Source of the DNA: Eledone cirrhosa
Taxonomy: Eukaryota
Direction: 5' to 3'
Assembly: GCA_964016885.1 (NCBI GenBank)
Contig: OZ024761.1
Location: 7,378,001 to 7,442,000, forward strand
Length of the DNA stretch: 64,000 nucleotides
Part shown: in pieces, positions 27,151 through 40,730 of the stretch
Layout: every line of letters begins with the position of its first letter
Position numbering within the stretch: position 1 is the first letter of the stretch
Translations under genes and position numbers: made by a program
Notes under the pieces: generated by a model
What the model saw: the letters and a program-made list of their open reading frames with translations, nothing else
Told to the model about the DNA's origin: nothing
Databases searched by the model: none

Positions 27151-29134
27151 ATATTATTATTATAACAACACAACGAATGTCAACTAGGAACAGTTCTCCA
27201 ATGGGGCTACACTTTAGAGTAATTCCAGGAAAATCCCGTCCCACAAAATCCTACACTCCTCTGCTGAAGTACTGGACTGGTACATTTTTTATCGACCTCA
27301 AAAGAATAAAAGGCAAAGTTTACCACGGCTGGATTTGAACTGAGAACGCGTAATGAGGTGGGACGAATACCATAAAGCATTCTATCGTCTTAATGACTCT
27401 ATAAAAAGGAGAAAAACAGCAAAACATTCAACTTGAAAGTAAATTTTATATTCTAATTTTGATTACAAAGAATTACTAGTGTTTTTATTGTTGTTTTTAT
27501 AGAAATCTGTTGTTTCTGAGGGACAGCAGAACCAACAGACATAGAACCATTCCTAAAAGAAAACAAAAATGGTTTGCCAGATTTCTTAAGTCTTTTTTTT
27601 TTTTCTGAAACAAAAACAGAACATTAGAATGAAGGGGTTTCTCTTTGAAACATCAAATGGTCTTTGAAATCCAGATGTTAATAGAAAAGTAGGTTTTTAA
27701 AATTTAGATTTCTGCTTTAAGAACACATTGTAGAGATTGAAATATTTACTCTGTTTTCTTTTTTTGTTCAAAGTCAAGTGGAAAATACATGTTAACTCAC
27801 CAATTACCATACAGAGGAGCCATTAAAAGACTCCGTGTTACATTTAATGAATTTTATGTAAACTGAGAATTAAAATTGGGTACTGCCTCATTGAAAAACA
27901 ATATCATAAATTATTCAAAATAAGAGAAAGTTTGTCTCTCTCTTTCTCTTCTCCAGCTTTCTGAATATCTTTGATCAGACTTTCTCATTCGACTTTTCAA
28001 ACTTCTGGTGAAATTTAGCCACAATACAGCAACGGGAGCAAATATGGTTAACCTGCTCAAGGGAGATAATCCAATTATCCAACTAGCCAACGAACCCCTT
28101 TCTCCACTTCAATGTATCTTGTCTGACTAGCCAACCAGCCAGCCTTACTTAACTGGCTCCCTCACTTCAATGTATCATGTTTGACCAACCAGCCAACCTT
28201 TCTTAACAGGCTCCCTCACTTCAGTGTATCTTGTCTGATCAACCAGCCAACCAACCAGCTAATCTGCCTTTCTCTACACCAGGCCTGGGCAACCGTTTCA
28301 AGTAGTGAGCCACATAGGATGTGGCTCATTATAAGGCAGGCCACACTACTAAAATAATTCAAGGCAATTTTGAAATTAGACATGCCATTCAGAAAGCCAA
28401 ACTGGCTGCATTCTGCCGATGACTGCTCTACAGGCTCATTCACTTCAGTGTTCCAGCTCTACAAGCTTTGTTGGCCATTGCCACCACACCAGAATGTTGT
28501 AATATATTTAAAATTGTAGAATTTATGAAAAAATAACCATGGATAATTATTTTAAAAATCAAGAAAGCCAGTTATTCAACTTCAAATTTCGCATATTTTT
28601 TTCATTATATATATATATAAAACAAATTCTAATATGAGAAAATATTTCACATGAAAGGATTGCTTATATATATACACACAAACATATATATATATATACA
28701 AACACACACATATATATACATGTATGTATATACTCTTTTACTTGTTCCAACCATCCAGTTGAGGCCATGATATTTATATGGGAAAAGTATTATTAGTTCA
28801 ATCATTAGTATTACTAATTATTACATATTAATATTATTATCATTATTGCAAAATACATTTTTTGTTGATATAAAAAAAAATTAAAATGTATACTACATCT
28901 ATGTTCATAAATATATATAGTACATCTATGTTTATATATATATATATATATATAAACGTTTGGAGTTAGAAGGCCAAAACAATGCAGGTATGGATATAGA
29001 ATATAAATACAAATGCAAAAGATATTGTTGACAATTAGTCTTTTACCTTAAATGTATTTAAATGTCCTTAATTTTCGAGATAATATCTCTTCTTCGGAGG
29101 GATGTAAAGGGGTTATTCCAGTGTTCTAATTAGC

Positions 29135-30912
29135 TTGCCAAGTCATGACTTGGCAGGAGTCAATAAAGGCTATAACCCCAGCCAACGGTGTTAAAATAAT
29201 TTCTAAACAGAGGACATCTATCCATGAAAATATGGAAAAGCTTCTGATGGTGTGGTTGATGGAGAAGCAGCTCGCAGGAGATACCGTGATGGAGGCTATA
29301 ATCTGTGAGAAGGCAGGAGCTATTTACACTGATTTTGCTGCAGCAGACCCCAGGTACTTCGACGGACGAGGCATCAGGCAAACTGTTTAAAGCCAGTTGG
29401 GGCTGGTTCGAGAATTTTAAAAAGAGGACCGGCATTCTCTCAGTTGTCAGACAGGGTGAGGCAGCGAGTGCAGATATGAAGGCAGCTGAGGATTACCTCA
29501 AAACTTTTAAGAAGAAGAGGATGCCAGGCCACAAACCATGAAGGATAGGTTAATCCTCGCACTGTGTGCCAATGTGAGCGGCGACTGCAAGATTAAGCCG
29601 CTGCTCGTTTATCATTCGGAAAACCCCAGAGCCTTTAAGTTACATAAGATTTTGAAAGAAAAAACTGCAGGTTATGTGGAGGGCAAACTCGAGGGCATGG
29701 GTCACCAAGCAATCCTTTGTGGAGTGGGTGAATTTGGTCTTTGGTCCTGACGTTAAGAAATATCTCCAGAAAAATAACCTACCCCTGCAAGACCTTCTCG
29801 TCCTGGACAATGGACCTGCTCACCCACCTAACCTCAAAGATGACATCCTCGAAGAGTTCAAGTTTATAAGGATCTCTATCTTCCACTCAACACCACCCAT
29901 ATCCTACAACCCACGAACCTGCAGGTAATTTCTAATTTCAAGAAGCTTTTCACCAAGCACTTGTTCTGCTGCTGCTTTGAGGTGATGGAGAGCACAAACC
30001 TCACCCTTTGAGAGTCCTGGAAGAGCCACTATAACATTGTGTTATGCCTCTGAATTATCGATATGACCTGGTAGGGTGTTACAAAGAGGACCTTGACCTC
30101 TGCATGGAAGAAGCTGTGGCCTGAGGTTGTGTCTGAAACGGACTTTTAAAGACTCGAACCTGAAGTGGCAGTGTTGGAGGAGATTGATTCCCTTGGCAAG
30201 TCCATGGGCCTGGACATAGATGAAGGTGACATGAATGAACTCATCGAGGAGCACTCCGAGGAAGTGACATCGGAGGAACTAAAGGAGCTACAGACAGAGC
30301 AGCACACGGAGGTTTTGCAGGAAATAGGGGACATGGAGGAGGTTATCTCTATAAGTGAGATAAAGGAAATATTGGGAATGTGGGAGAAACTTTCAGACTT
30401 TATTTAAAAGTAACACCCAGAAAAAGTTGCAACTGGGCATGTGATGGAGCTATTTAACAACACTTGCCTAACTCATTTCAGAAACATTCTGAAGGAGAAG
30501 ATGAAGCAAACCTCATTAGACAGGTTTTTATCGAAAACTTTTGCAGATAAAAGTGAGGAAAATGTGGCGAAAAGGGCAAAAATCAGTGAATAAGATTCAG
30601 TTATTCAGTTCAGCCTTTCTCTTCTGTCAACATCCTCAAGTCGTCTGATCTCCAAGGTAGATGCTGTACATTATACTTAATAAAACCTGTTTATAGCAGT
30701 ACATTCTATGGTATTATTTTTTATACAATATCTGTTATTTATAAGTACATTTTTATTATTTAAAAACACATAACAAAAAAAAATTGCAGCGTTTTTGGGG
30801 GCTCAGAACAGATTAATTACATTTCAATGGGGAACATTGATTTGACATACGAGTAATTTGAGTAAAAGGTCCGTCACGGAACGAGTTAAACTCATAAGTC
30901 AAGGTACCACTG
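29135..30912 (+). mobile_element. Tigger/pogo-family DNA transposon relic
   Basis: MEKLLMVWL, FKASWGWFENFKKR, GEAASAD, KDRLILALCANVSGD..KPLLVYHSENPRAFK, LLVLDNGPAHP. Right TIR …CAAGGTACCACTG-TA at 30912. Confidence 0.93.
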
Positions 30913-31741
30913 TATATATATGTACACATGATGGCTGCCCCCTCGTTATCGAGTATGGCCATTGCACGTTATACCATTATTAATAATAATTAATTAATTC
31001 TATCGTGCAATGCCTGTGCGTGAAGATATTTTTTAAAGTGAGGAAAGACTGTGCACTGAGCCAATCCCACTCTCTGAGAGACTAGCTATAACCCGAAAAG
31101 AAGAAAAGATCAACATCATTGGTAACTATTGAGCTGCAGGTTTTATATCGGAGTTATCCCAGTTTCCTGAGTTGCCTTCTCCTAGAAGAATGCCCTGACA
31201 AAGGGTAGGGGTCCTTCACTCCCAATGGTTTAACCGCGCGATTGGGTGTCCAGCCCGACTATTTCTATGTCCCCACACATATACATACATATGTACCCAT
31301 GCATATACACATATACATGTGTATATACATATTTACACACATTTGGATGGCCATTGACCCTTATCAGTTCTTCCGCCATTTGTCAGGTTTTGTTTTTTGT
31401 CCTGCAGAGTGTCCAAAATCACCCTCCTCACCAAGTAAACTTGGTGGGGTTGCCGGTTTAGTCGCCGACGACCCGACCACGCGACAAGTTGTACTGGGTT
31501 ACATGTTACCAGTTGCACTCAAGAGTGACCCGACATATATATATATATGTACACACGTATACATATATATGTACATGTACATATATATATGTACACACAC
31601 ATATGTACGTACATGTACATATATATATATGTACACATACATATGTACGTACACATATATATATATATATGTACACACACATATATATATATATATATGT
31701 ACACACACATATATATGTACGTACACATATATATATATGTG

Positions 31742-32510
31742 TATGGCAGTGAGACCTGGGCATTGTGTGAAGAGGATATACGCAGACTGGAGAGGAACGA
31801 AGCTTGCATGCTCCGCTGGATGTGTAATAGTAATATACGTGAACGGCAAAGCATAAATGAACTAAGTGAGAAATTAGGAATAAGAGGGATCAGATGCTGT
31901 TTACTCGAGAGAAGACTACGTTGGTATGGTCACGCGATGCGCTTGAAAGACGATAGCTGTATAAAAAAGTGCAGGGCGATAAAAATAGACGGTAGCCACG
32001 GAGTAGGCAGACCCAGAAAAACCTGGGACGACTTGATAAATTCTGACCTCACACACTTACACCTCTCCAAGACAATCTCACTGGACCGAGATCTTTGGCG
32101 CTACACAGTAATACAGAAGACTCGCCTTGCCTAAGTACAAAGCGAAACCTACAGTCAGTAGGCACCTCTAACAAAAATACACCCCCGTCCCACTACCCCC
32201 ACCGCCATCTACACCACCCCTTTCGATGTAAAGCTATGTTGGTACCACAACATCCAGTCTTAAATAAATGAGGTCGTGTAGGTGTCACGACAAAAAAACA
32301 GTCCACGCTGTAATGTGGCCGTGTAGGTAACACGGTAAAAACCTCCCAGTCCACACTGTAAACGTAGTTGGTGTTAGGAAGGGCATCCAGCCGTAGAAAA
32401 CCCGCCAGACAGTCCTCTACGAGCAGGACAACCAATCTTGCCTCAAGTGGGAAAATTCCCGTCCAAACCCATGCTAGTGTGGAAGATGGACGTTAAACGA
32501 TGATGATGAT
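31742..32510 (+). mobile_element. RTE-clade LINE 3' fragment
   Basis: GSETWALC…RRLRWYGH…GRPRKTW; same subfamily as 17001-18724. Confidence 0.95.
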
Positions 32511-32574
32511 ATATATATATGTACATGTACACATATATATATATGTACATATATACACATATGTACATATATAT

Positions 32575-32790
32575 AATAATAATGAAATTATTGTGTAAAG
32601 TGCTCAGGTGCACTACAACTCGTCAATATAGTACATAGAATAATACACAAATGCCAGGGAAGTACATGTTTGTATGTGTGAGCTGTAGTGTTGGCGGATC
32701 TCGGGAAGCATGGAGGCCTTAAAGGATGCAGTGTCTCGACAGCTAACAACTGATGCAGGTAGTTTGTTCCATGCTTCAGCAACTCTGAGC
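32575..32790 (-). mobile_element. CR1-clade LINE 3' end
   Basis: [19 protein letters not shown]; homologous to the 26858 copy. Confidence 0.85.
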
Positions 32791-33145
32791 ATATATATAT
32801 ATGTATGATACATATATATGTATGCACACACACATATATGTACATATATATATATATATATTATGCACACACACATATATGTACATATATATATGCACAC
32901 ACACACATATATATATATGTGTGTGTACATATATATATATATATATGTGTGTACATATATATATATATATATGTGTGTACATATATATATATGTACATAT
33001 GTACATGTAGATATACATGTGCATATATATATATGTAGATATTTATGTATATGTGCATATATATATATATATATATATGCACATGTACATATATATATAT
33101 ATGTACATATATATGTATATATATGTACATGTGTATATATATATA

Positions 33146-33192
<47 letters not shown>

Positions 33193-33250
33193 GCACATAT
33201 ATATATATACACACACACATATAAATATATATATATATACATGTATATAT

Positions 33251-33299
<49 letters not shown>

Positions 33300-33319
33300 A
33301 ATATATATATATACATATG

Positions 33320-33350
<31 letters not shown>

Positions 33351-33422
33351 AAATATACATATATACATATGTATAAATATATAAATATACATATGTACAT
33401 GTATGTATATATATAAATATAC

Positions 33423-33461
<39 letters not shown>

Positions 33462-33641
33462 TGTACACATATATATATATGTACATGTACACATATATAT
33501 ATGTACATGTACACATATATATATATGTACATGTAGACATATATATATATGTACATGTAGACATATATATATATGTACATGTAGACATATATATATATGT
33601 ACATGTAGACATATATATATATGTACATGTAGACATATATA

Positions 33642-33685
<44 letters not shown>

Positions 33686-33768
33686 TATATATATATATAT
33701 ACACACACATATATATATATATACACACACATATATATATATATATACACACACATATATATATATAT

Positions 33769-33816
<48 letters not shown>
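32791..33816. repeat. TA/TGTACA compound microsatellite
   Basis: Seen directly. Confidence 0.95.
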
Positions 33817-33820
<4 letters not shown>

Positions 33821-33825
33821 ATGCT

Positions 33826-35576
33826 ATAAACTTTTCTGGGTGGGAAATGACAACGGACTGGGTGGAGTAGGAATTATGTTAGCTGAAAAATGGGTAGAAA
33901 AGGTAATTGACGTAAATATAGTGAATGATAGAATAATTAAAATAAGACTAATCCTAAATAGAACTACTGTGACAATAATATCTGCTTATTCACCCCAATC
34001 TGGTCTACCTGACGTTCTAAAGGACAGGTTCTATGAGTCGCTAATGCACACTACCTCCCAAATAACCAACATCGACTACTTAATTATTGCTGGCGACATA
34101 AACGGACACATTGGACAACATTGTGATGGATATGATGGAATCCATGGAGGCTATGGGGTTGGAAATAGAAATGAGGAATGCTTCAGAATCCTGGAATTCT
34201 GTGACACTAATAAACTAACTATCTGTAACACAAACTTCAAAAAACGAGAAAACCACTTGATCAGGGGAACACGCCAGCCAGATAGATTATATCCTTACTA
34301 GAAGACGTGACAGAGTGTCTGTTGTAAACACTAAGTCCCTTCCTCGTGAAGAATGCACCTCCTAACATAGCCTAGTAGTTAGTGACCTCATAGTCAGGAC
34401 TAGATGTACTCGACGACAGAGGAGGATTACCTTGAGGAGAATAATATGGAAGTTAAAGGACCCCATAGCCAGTGACAAATTTAAAAGCTTATTACTTTAA
34501 TTAAAATATATCAAATGATGAATATAGATGTTTAATTTAAAGCAAAAAAAAAAAGAAGCCTTTGACAACAAGGAAGAGCAATTAGAGACGTGCAATATAG
34601 AGGAACTGTGGGAATTCTTGAAAGTGAACCTCCTGAAAGTGACGGATGAAATCTGTGGCAAGAGGAGAGTAATTTGGTGGTGGAACAGTAAGGTGGAGGA
34701 GACAATCAAGGCCAAAAAGCAGGCTTGGAAAGTATGGTGGGATGGGGGAAGTAGAAAACACTATCAAGTGACCAGGAGAGAAGCTAGGAGACAAGTGAAC
34801 CTTGCAAGAAGGGAGGCAGAGGATAGAAAGTTCAAGCATCTTCTACAACGTGAGGACCAAAAATGTGAGGTGTTCAGGATTGCTAGACAATGTGTCAAGG
34901 AAAACTGTGATATTGTCGGGGAGAAGTGTGTCCGTAATGATAATAGTGTACTTGCCATCACTGATGCTGACAAGAAGATAGCCTGGAAGTGTCACTACGA
35001 GAGCCTACTAAATGAGGAGAACAAATGGGAAAAAGATAGCCTGCCCCAAATTGATCCAATAGAAGGACCAGTGGTGCAAATTAAAGGTAGTATAATAAGT
35101 AAAGCAATCAAAGATATGAAGACAGGCAAGGTAGCTGGACCTTCGGAGATAGTTGCTGAGATGTTGAAGGCATCTGGAATGGTGGGACATACTATGGTGA
35201 CCTGGATAGTAAACCATGTAATACAGAATGGGGTCATACCAAAAGACTGGCGTAGCAGCATCATCATTAACTGCTACAAGGGTAAAGAGGATGCTCTAGA
35301 TAAGGGAAACTATAGGGGCATTAAGTTAGTTGACCAGGTCATGAAGGTCACAGAAAGAGTTATAGCGCAACTAATCAGAGAGTGAATTGATCTAGATGAA
35401 ATGCAGTTTGGGCTTGTGTCAGGTAAAAGTACCACAGACACTCTTTTCCTTGTACGACAACTACAGAAGTACCTAGCTAAAATTAAACCCCTCTACTTAG
35501 CTTTTAACTTGGAGAAAGCCTTTGACAGAGTCCCCTACTCCATTATCTAGTGGGCTCTTAGAAAACTAGGTGTCGA
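33826..35576 (+). mobile_element. RTE-clade LINE fragment: AP endonuclease plus RT N-terminus
   Basis: GVGIML, ISAYSPQ, IAGDINGH, QIDYIL (EN); [20 protein letters not shown] (RT). Confidence 0.93.
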
Positions 35577-35730
35577 TATATTGGCCAAAATTTTCACTAT
35601 AGAGGGTTTAACCCCCATTAGGGTGTCTTAATATTATTGAAATTTGCTGAAATTTTGTGAATAGGCATCATATCTTGTCATTTACCCATGGTTTAAATTT
35701 CATATAAATCGAAGGGAAAAAATTAAGCGG

Positions 35731-36806
35731 AGCAGCCAGTCTTAAACTCCTGTTATGGCTTGGACCGAACCCTGATGTACTCCTACTTGTATCTCACTAA
35801 ACTCCATTCCTACCCTTACTTTACTGACAGCACCCCTGTACATAGCTTACACTGTCCTCACAGGCCATTTCTCAACACCTAGTTTCCTTAGGGACCACAA
35901 GATGACAGATCAGGGTACCCTATCAAAGGCTTTCTCTAGGTCAACAAAAGCTAAGTATAATGGCTTATTCTTCTCTAAGAACCTCTCTTGTAATTGTCTC
36001 ACCAAGAAGAGGGCATCTGTTGTACTTTTCCTAGGCACAAAACCAAACTGCATCTCATCTAATTTGACCCTTTCTTTAATTAGTTGCGTTATATCCTTTC
36101 TGCCACTTTCATAACCTGATTCATCAGTTTTATACCCCTATAGTTGCTCCTCTCCAGAGCAACCCCTTTACCTTTGTAGCAATTTATGAGAATACTGCTG
36201 CACGAGTCTTTGGGTACGACACCACCATATATAGCGTGATTGATGATGCGTGCAACCAGTTTAGTGCCTATGTGTCCTGATGCCTTCAGCATCTCAGCAA
36301 CTATCCCTGATGGTCCAGCAACCTCACCATTCTTCATTTCCTTAATCGCCTCTTGGACCCTACATTCGTCAATCTCAATAGCTGGTCCCTCTGTCAGATC
36401 TACTGGGGGTAGTTTCTCTCTCTCCCATTCATTCTCCACATTCATCAGTCTCTCATAATGATATTTCCAGGCCTCCTTTTTCTGATCATTCGTGACACTA
36501 AGTACACCGGCATCATCCCGGACACACTGCCTTGCAATGTGGAACACCGCACGCCTCTGATCTTCTCATCGCAGAACATTGACAAATCTCATACTCTCAG
36601 TCTCCCTGCATGCTAAGTACACCTGATGTCTAGGTTCTCTCATAGCGGCTGTGTATCGGTCTCTATCCCCACCATTTTTCCAAGCCTTCCATGTTAGTCT
36701 TTTGTCTCTAATGGCCCTATCTACCGTGCTGTTCCACCACCAGGTCACCCTCTCTCTGGTTGGAGCTCTGCTCCAGCCACAAGTTCCTTCAGTAGCCTGC
36801 AGTAAA
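35731..36806 (-). mobile_element. RTE-clade LINE internal fragment
   Basis: [30 protein letters not shown]; same subfamily as 6386-8580. Confidence 0.93.
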
Positions 36807-37515
36807 TTACCCTCCCTCCACTTCACCACCCACGACCACTTCTTGGACATCTCTGTCGCCATCGACCCCTCCCACTGCTCCCTCATCACCTCCTCCGGAT
36901 CCACTGCCTCTGCAGCTGAGACCCAGGCTCTTTCTCTCGTCAGCCATTTCACCCGGAGAGGTTACTCTCCTCCCTCGTCAACGCCACCCTCACTCGCGCC
37001 TGCTCGGTCCACCACTCCACCACCTTCACCCCAAGCCCCCACAACCGTCTCCCCTCCCCCCCCCCTCACCTACCACCCCAACATTTCTTCAAACACACGA
37101 GCAACCTCTGAAACCACCACGTCTGCAGCTCCCTACCCACCAACCCACGTTCTTCTTCCCTGCTCCAGACCTTGCTGCCACACCTGCCCCCACATCACCA
37201 CCTTCCAGGGTCCCAATGGCCACTCTCTCTCTCTGTCCGGCACGCCTTCTGCTGCACCTCCTCCAGCCTCATTTATGGACTCTGTTGCATGGAGTGCAGT
37301 GCGACCTACGTCGGACAGACCGGACGTCACCTGGCGGATTGGTTCACGGAGTACCTCCGAGGCATTCGTCTCAGCGGGAGTTTCCCCCCATCAGCCGCCA
37401 CTTTGGTTCCACTGGACACTCCGCCCACCACCTCACCGTCTGCGGCCTGTTCGTATGCCATCGGACCCCCCCCGCAACCCGCCTTAGGGTCGAACAACAC
37501 ACAATCTTCACCCTA
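36807..37515 (+). mobile_element. Penelope-like (Neptune-type) retroelement remnant: RT thumb, Cys linker, GIY-YIG endonuclease
   Basis: LPSLHFT..FLDISV, HFTRRGY, PCSRPCCHTCPHI, then after a frameshift FCCTSSSLIYGLCCMECSATYVGQTGRHLADWFTEY and ISRHF..GH. Confidence 0.85.
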
Positions 37516-37652
37516 CAATTTTATAGCCAATGTCAGTAGAATGAACCCTTCATTCTTGCTCTTGTGTTGGCATTAGTGTCTGCAGTTCTGTTCACATGCC
37601 AACACAAGAGCAAGAATGAAGGGTTCATTCTACTGACATGGCTATAAAATTG
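37516..37652. repeat. Near-perfect fold-back hairpin abutting the PLE remnant
   Basis: ~57-bp arms at 37516-37573 and 37596-37652. Confidence 0.9.
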
Positions 37653-38401
37653 AGGCTTGTTTGCATAATTGCAAACGAATCGAATGTTATTAATATTCGA
37701 AAAACTCAGATTACATTTATTGAATTCAGCCATGTAGAGCGAAATTTTTATATATATATATATATATATATACACCCACATACACATATGTACATAGCAG
37801 GTATGTAAACTTCTTGAAACCTGCCTCTCATAAACATGAAATTTTTATATATTAAAATCCCAATTTTCTTGAATTTGTGCAAAAAAAAACGCCACCAATG
37901 TATATTATTATTATTATTATCATTCCCGCCGAGGTTAACTTTGCCTTTCATCCTTACGAGGGGTCGATAAAATAAAGTACCAGTAATACACTGGATAATT
38001 GCTGGCATTGTGCCAAAAGTAGAAACAATTATTATTATTATCATTATTATTTGTCAATAGAAAGAAGAGGCAAAAAAATAGAGTAAGTTACCTCAAAATC
38101 CTTTATCCCTTAACATCCTGTACCTCAGAAGAGCACATTAACAAGACATTCTTTCAAAAGTATAAAACAGCATTATGATCTTTTGCACTGCATTAAAGAC
38201 TTTATTCTATCACTAAAACTTTTCACAAAGATTAGTCCACCAGTCAAGATTCTATAAATATTTCAATAAACAAACCTGTTTTCAGATATTTTCTGCTAAA
38301 CCATTACAATATGTTAAGAGTTAAAATGTTGAATTTAAAAATTAAAATCTCACCGGAAGTGTTTCAGTATAGACAACTTATTAAATTTGAGTTTTATATA
38401 T

Positions 38402-38622
38402 TTAACCCTTTAGCAATCAGCTGAATCTGGCCAGAATACTCTCACCTCTTTCTCTTTAAACCAGCCATAACTGGCTGCTTATACTGATGTTAAGGTATTT
38501 TTCTCAAAATAAATAATATCGAAATTTCGTAGTCGATTTTATGTGAGATATTATGGGAGTTAAAGACTTTACCACGAAAATACAATAGTATATATAGAGT
38601 AATGTAAATGTTAAAGGGTTAA
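38402..38622. mobile_element. TTAA-flanked (piggyBac-like) MITE, ~220 bp; relatives at ~40231, 41203, 45122, 47967/48067-48220, 52992-53220, 58263-58670, 63646-63820
   Basis: TTAA-CCCTTTAGCA…TGTTAAAGGG-TTAA termini; shared interior across copies. Confidence 0.8.
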
Positions 38623-39058
38623 TGTTTAATTCAATGAATTAAAATATATTAAATGATGAATATAGATGTTTACTTGAAAGCAAAAAAAAAAAAAAAAAGA
38701 AGTAATTAATAAATATAGCAATAAATAAATAAAATCCAGAAAAAAAATATTGATTATTATATAATTTTGTCATTAGATTATTAATTTCAATGACATTATT
38801 TACATATCATTACATATAAACATAATCAGTTATTCCATGCTGACATGGGCTGGATGAGAACTTTTAAGTCCGAATTCTACAGCCGGTTGCCAAATCTTTT
38901 TAAAGGAAGAGCATTAAAGATTTTCGTACATCTAACAGCCACACTACATGCTCTCTGATTATGTGGAACATACACAAATACCACTGCCTCTCATGAAAAG
39001 AGAGGAGACAAATACACACACACACAAGCATATATATATATATATATATATAAATGCT

Positions 39059-39640
39059 CAGTCCTCCAAGCCATAACGGAGGAGTTTAAGACTGGCTGTC
39101 CATGGGAACTTCTCTATGCTGACGATCTGGTTCTTATAGCAGAATCAGTAGAGGAGCTAGAGAATAAATTCTGGCTATGGAAACAGCAGTTGGAATCAAG
39201 AGGACTGAGAGTGAACCTAGCTAAGACAAAAGAGTTGATAAGTAGAAAAGAGGACAAAACTCTGCTTCTATCAGGGAAATGGCCATGTTCGATATGTAGG
39301 AAAGGAGTTGGCATAAATTCTATAAAATGTACACAATGCAGATCTTGGGTACACAAGAGATGTAGTGGGATAGCAGGCAAACTAACAGGTAGGGGGAAAT
39401 ATGTATGCAGTAGAAGTTGCAGTGACACATTTTTCCAATGCGGGTAGGATGTATAGAGGTGGTTGATAGCTAGGTCATGAGATTAGTAAGGGAGGAGAGT
39501 GCTCCGAGGCCATAGTATCTAGAATAAGGACAGGTTGGAAGAAGTTTAGGAAGCTTCCACTGTTGACAAAGAAAGGTTTCTCCCTATGAATGAAAGGCTG
39601 GTTATATGATGCCTGTGTGAGATGCGTGATGCTGCATGGA
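39059..39640 (+). mobile_element. RTE-clade LINE internal fragment
   Basis: QAITEEFKTGCPWELLYADDL, WPCSICRKGVGINSIKCTQC. Confidence 0.9.
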
Positions 39641-40442
39641 GGATAAGACATTCAGCTTCGCCAAGTGCCATTTATCATAGTCTACAGTCGAATAATGATG
39701 TGTGTGTGTCATGTAGCAACCCCGCCGGCTTCTACACCAGTGCACGCCCCGTGGTTAAAAAAATAAGAGGGGGGGGGTAACGATTTGAAGGGACGTAACT
39801 CATGGCAGCTTAGCCATTCACTAAAACAACAACCACAAAAAAAAAAAAAAATCTACTAGACAACATTCAGGAAATCAGATGAGATAAAGTCAAAACAAAC
39901 AAAAATATTACTCCAGCATGGCCACAATCCAAAGTTTAAAACAGCCACTACAACATACCACCATTTTAAAAACAACTTCTGAGACGAAGTAATGAGTGCT
40001 TTTAATGTTACAGAAAGTGACAACACAATGTTATGGTTCGCTGACGAAGACTGAAACACATCCAGAGTTGTCACTTGCACTCAAATGGAGTAAGAAAAGG
40101 GAATAATGGTTTCTAATATTGATACAAGACCAGCAAAGTTGATTAAACCAACTCCAGTATTTTACTGGTACCTTATTTTATTGAATCCCACACCTCAGAA
40201 AGATGAAAAGTAGAGTTGAAGTCAGTGGGATTTAACCCTTTGGAATTTAAACCAGTTGTAACTCGCTACCCATACTAATGTTAAGGTATTGTTCTCAACA
40301 TAAATAATATCAAAATCTCATAGATTTGATATTACGTGAGATAATTATGTGAAGTAAAGCCTTTACTGTAAAAATACATTAGTAAATATAGAGTAATGTA
40401 AATGTTATGAGGTAAAGCCTTTGCCATGAAAATATAATAGTA

Positions 40443-40730
40443 TCATCATCATCATCATCATCATCTTCGTTTAACGTCCATTTTCCACGCTAGCATGGGT
40501 TAGATGGGAGTTGTCCCACTTGAGGCAAGGTTGGTCGGGTGACCATGTCTTGCTCATATAGGACTATCTGGCAGGTTTTCTACGGTTGGATGCCCTTCCT
40601 AACACCAACCACATTTACAGTGTGGTACTGGGAACTTTTTACCGTGTTACCTACATGGCCACATTACAGCGTAGACTGTGTGTTTTTTTTCTCGTGACAC
40701 CTACATGATCTCGATCTCATTTATTTGGAT
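40443..40730 (-). mobile_element. RTE LINE 3' UTR fragment inserted in a MITE
   Basis: (CAT)n tail plus the reverse complement of the 18470-18724 UTR. Confidence 0.85.

Noticed and set aside
27935-28050. Strong splice acceptor (CT-rich…CCAG) suggesting a + strand exon
   Set aside because: All three frames hit stops quickly and no partner exons were found.
36651-37487. 278-aa Pro/Ser/Thr-rich ORF as a host gene
   Set aside because: It is a chimera of antisense RTE and frameshifted PLE sequence.
40035-40065. CTGACGA-agact-GAAAC hammerhead-like string
   Set aside because: No real stem II or stem I; it lies near SINE-tail-like sequence.
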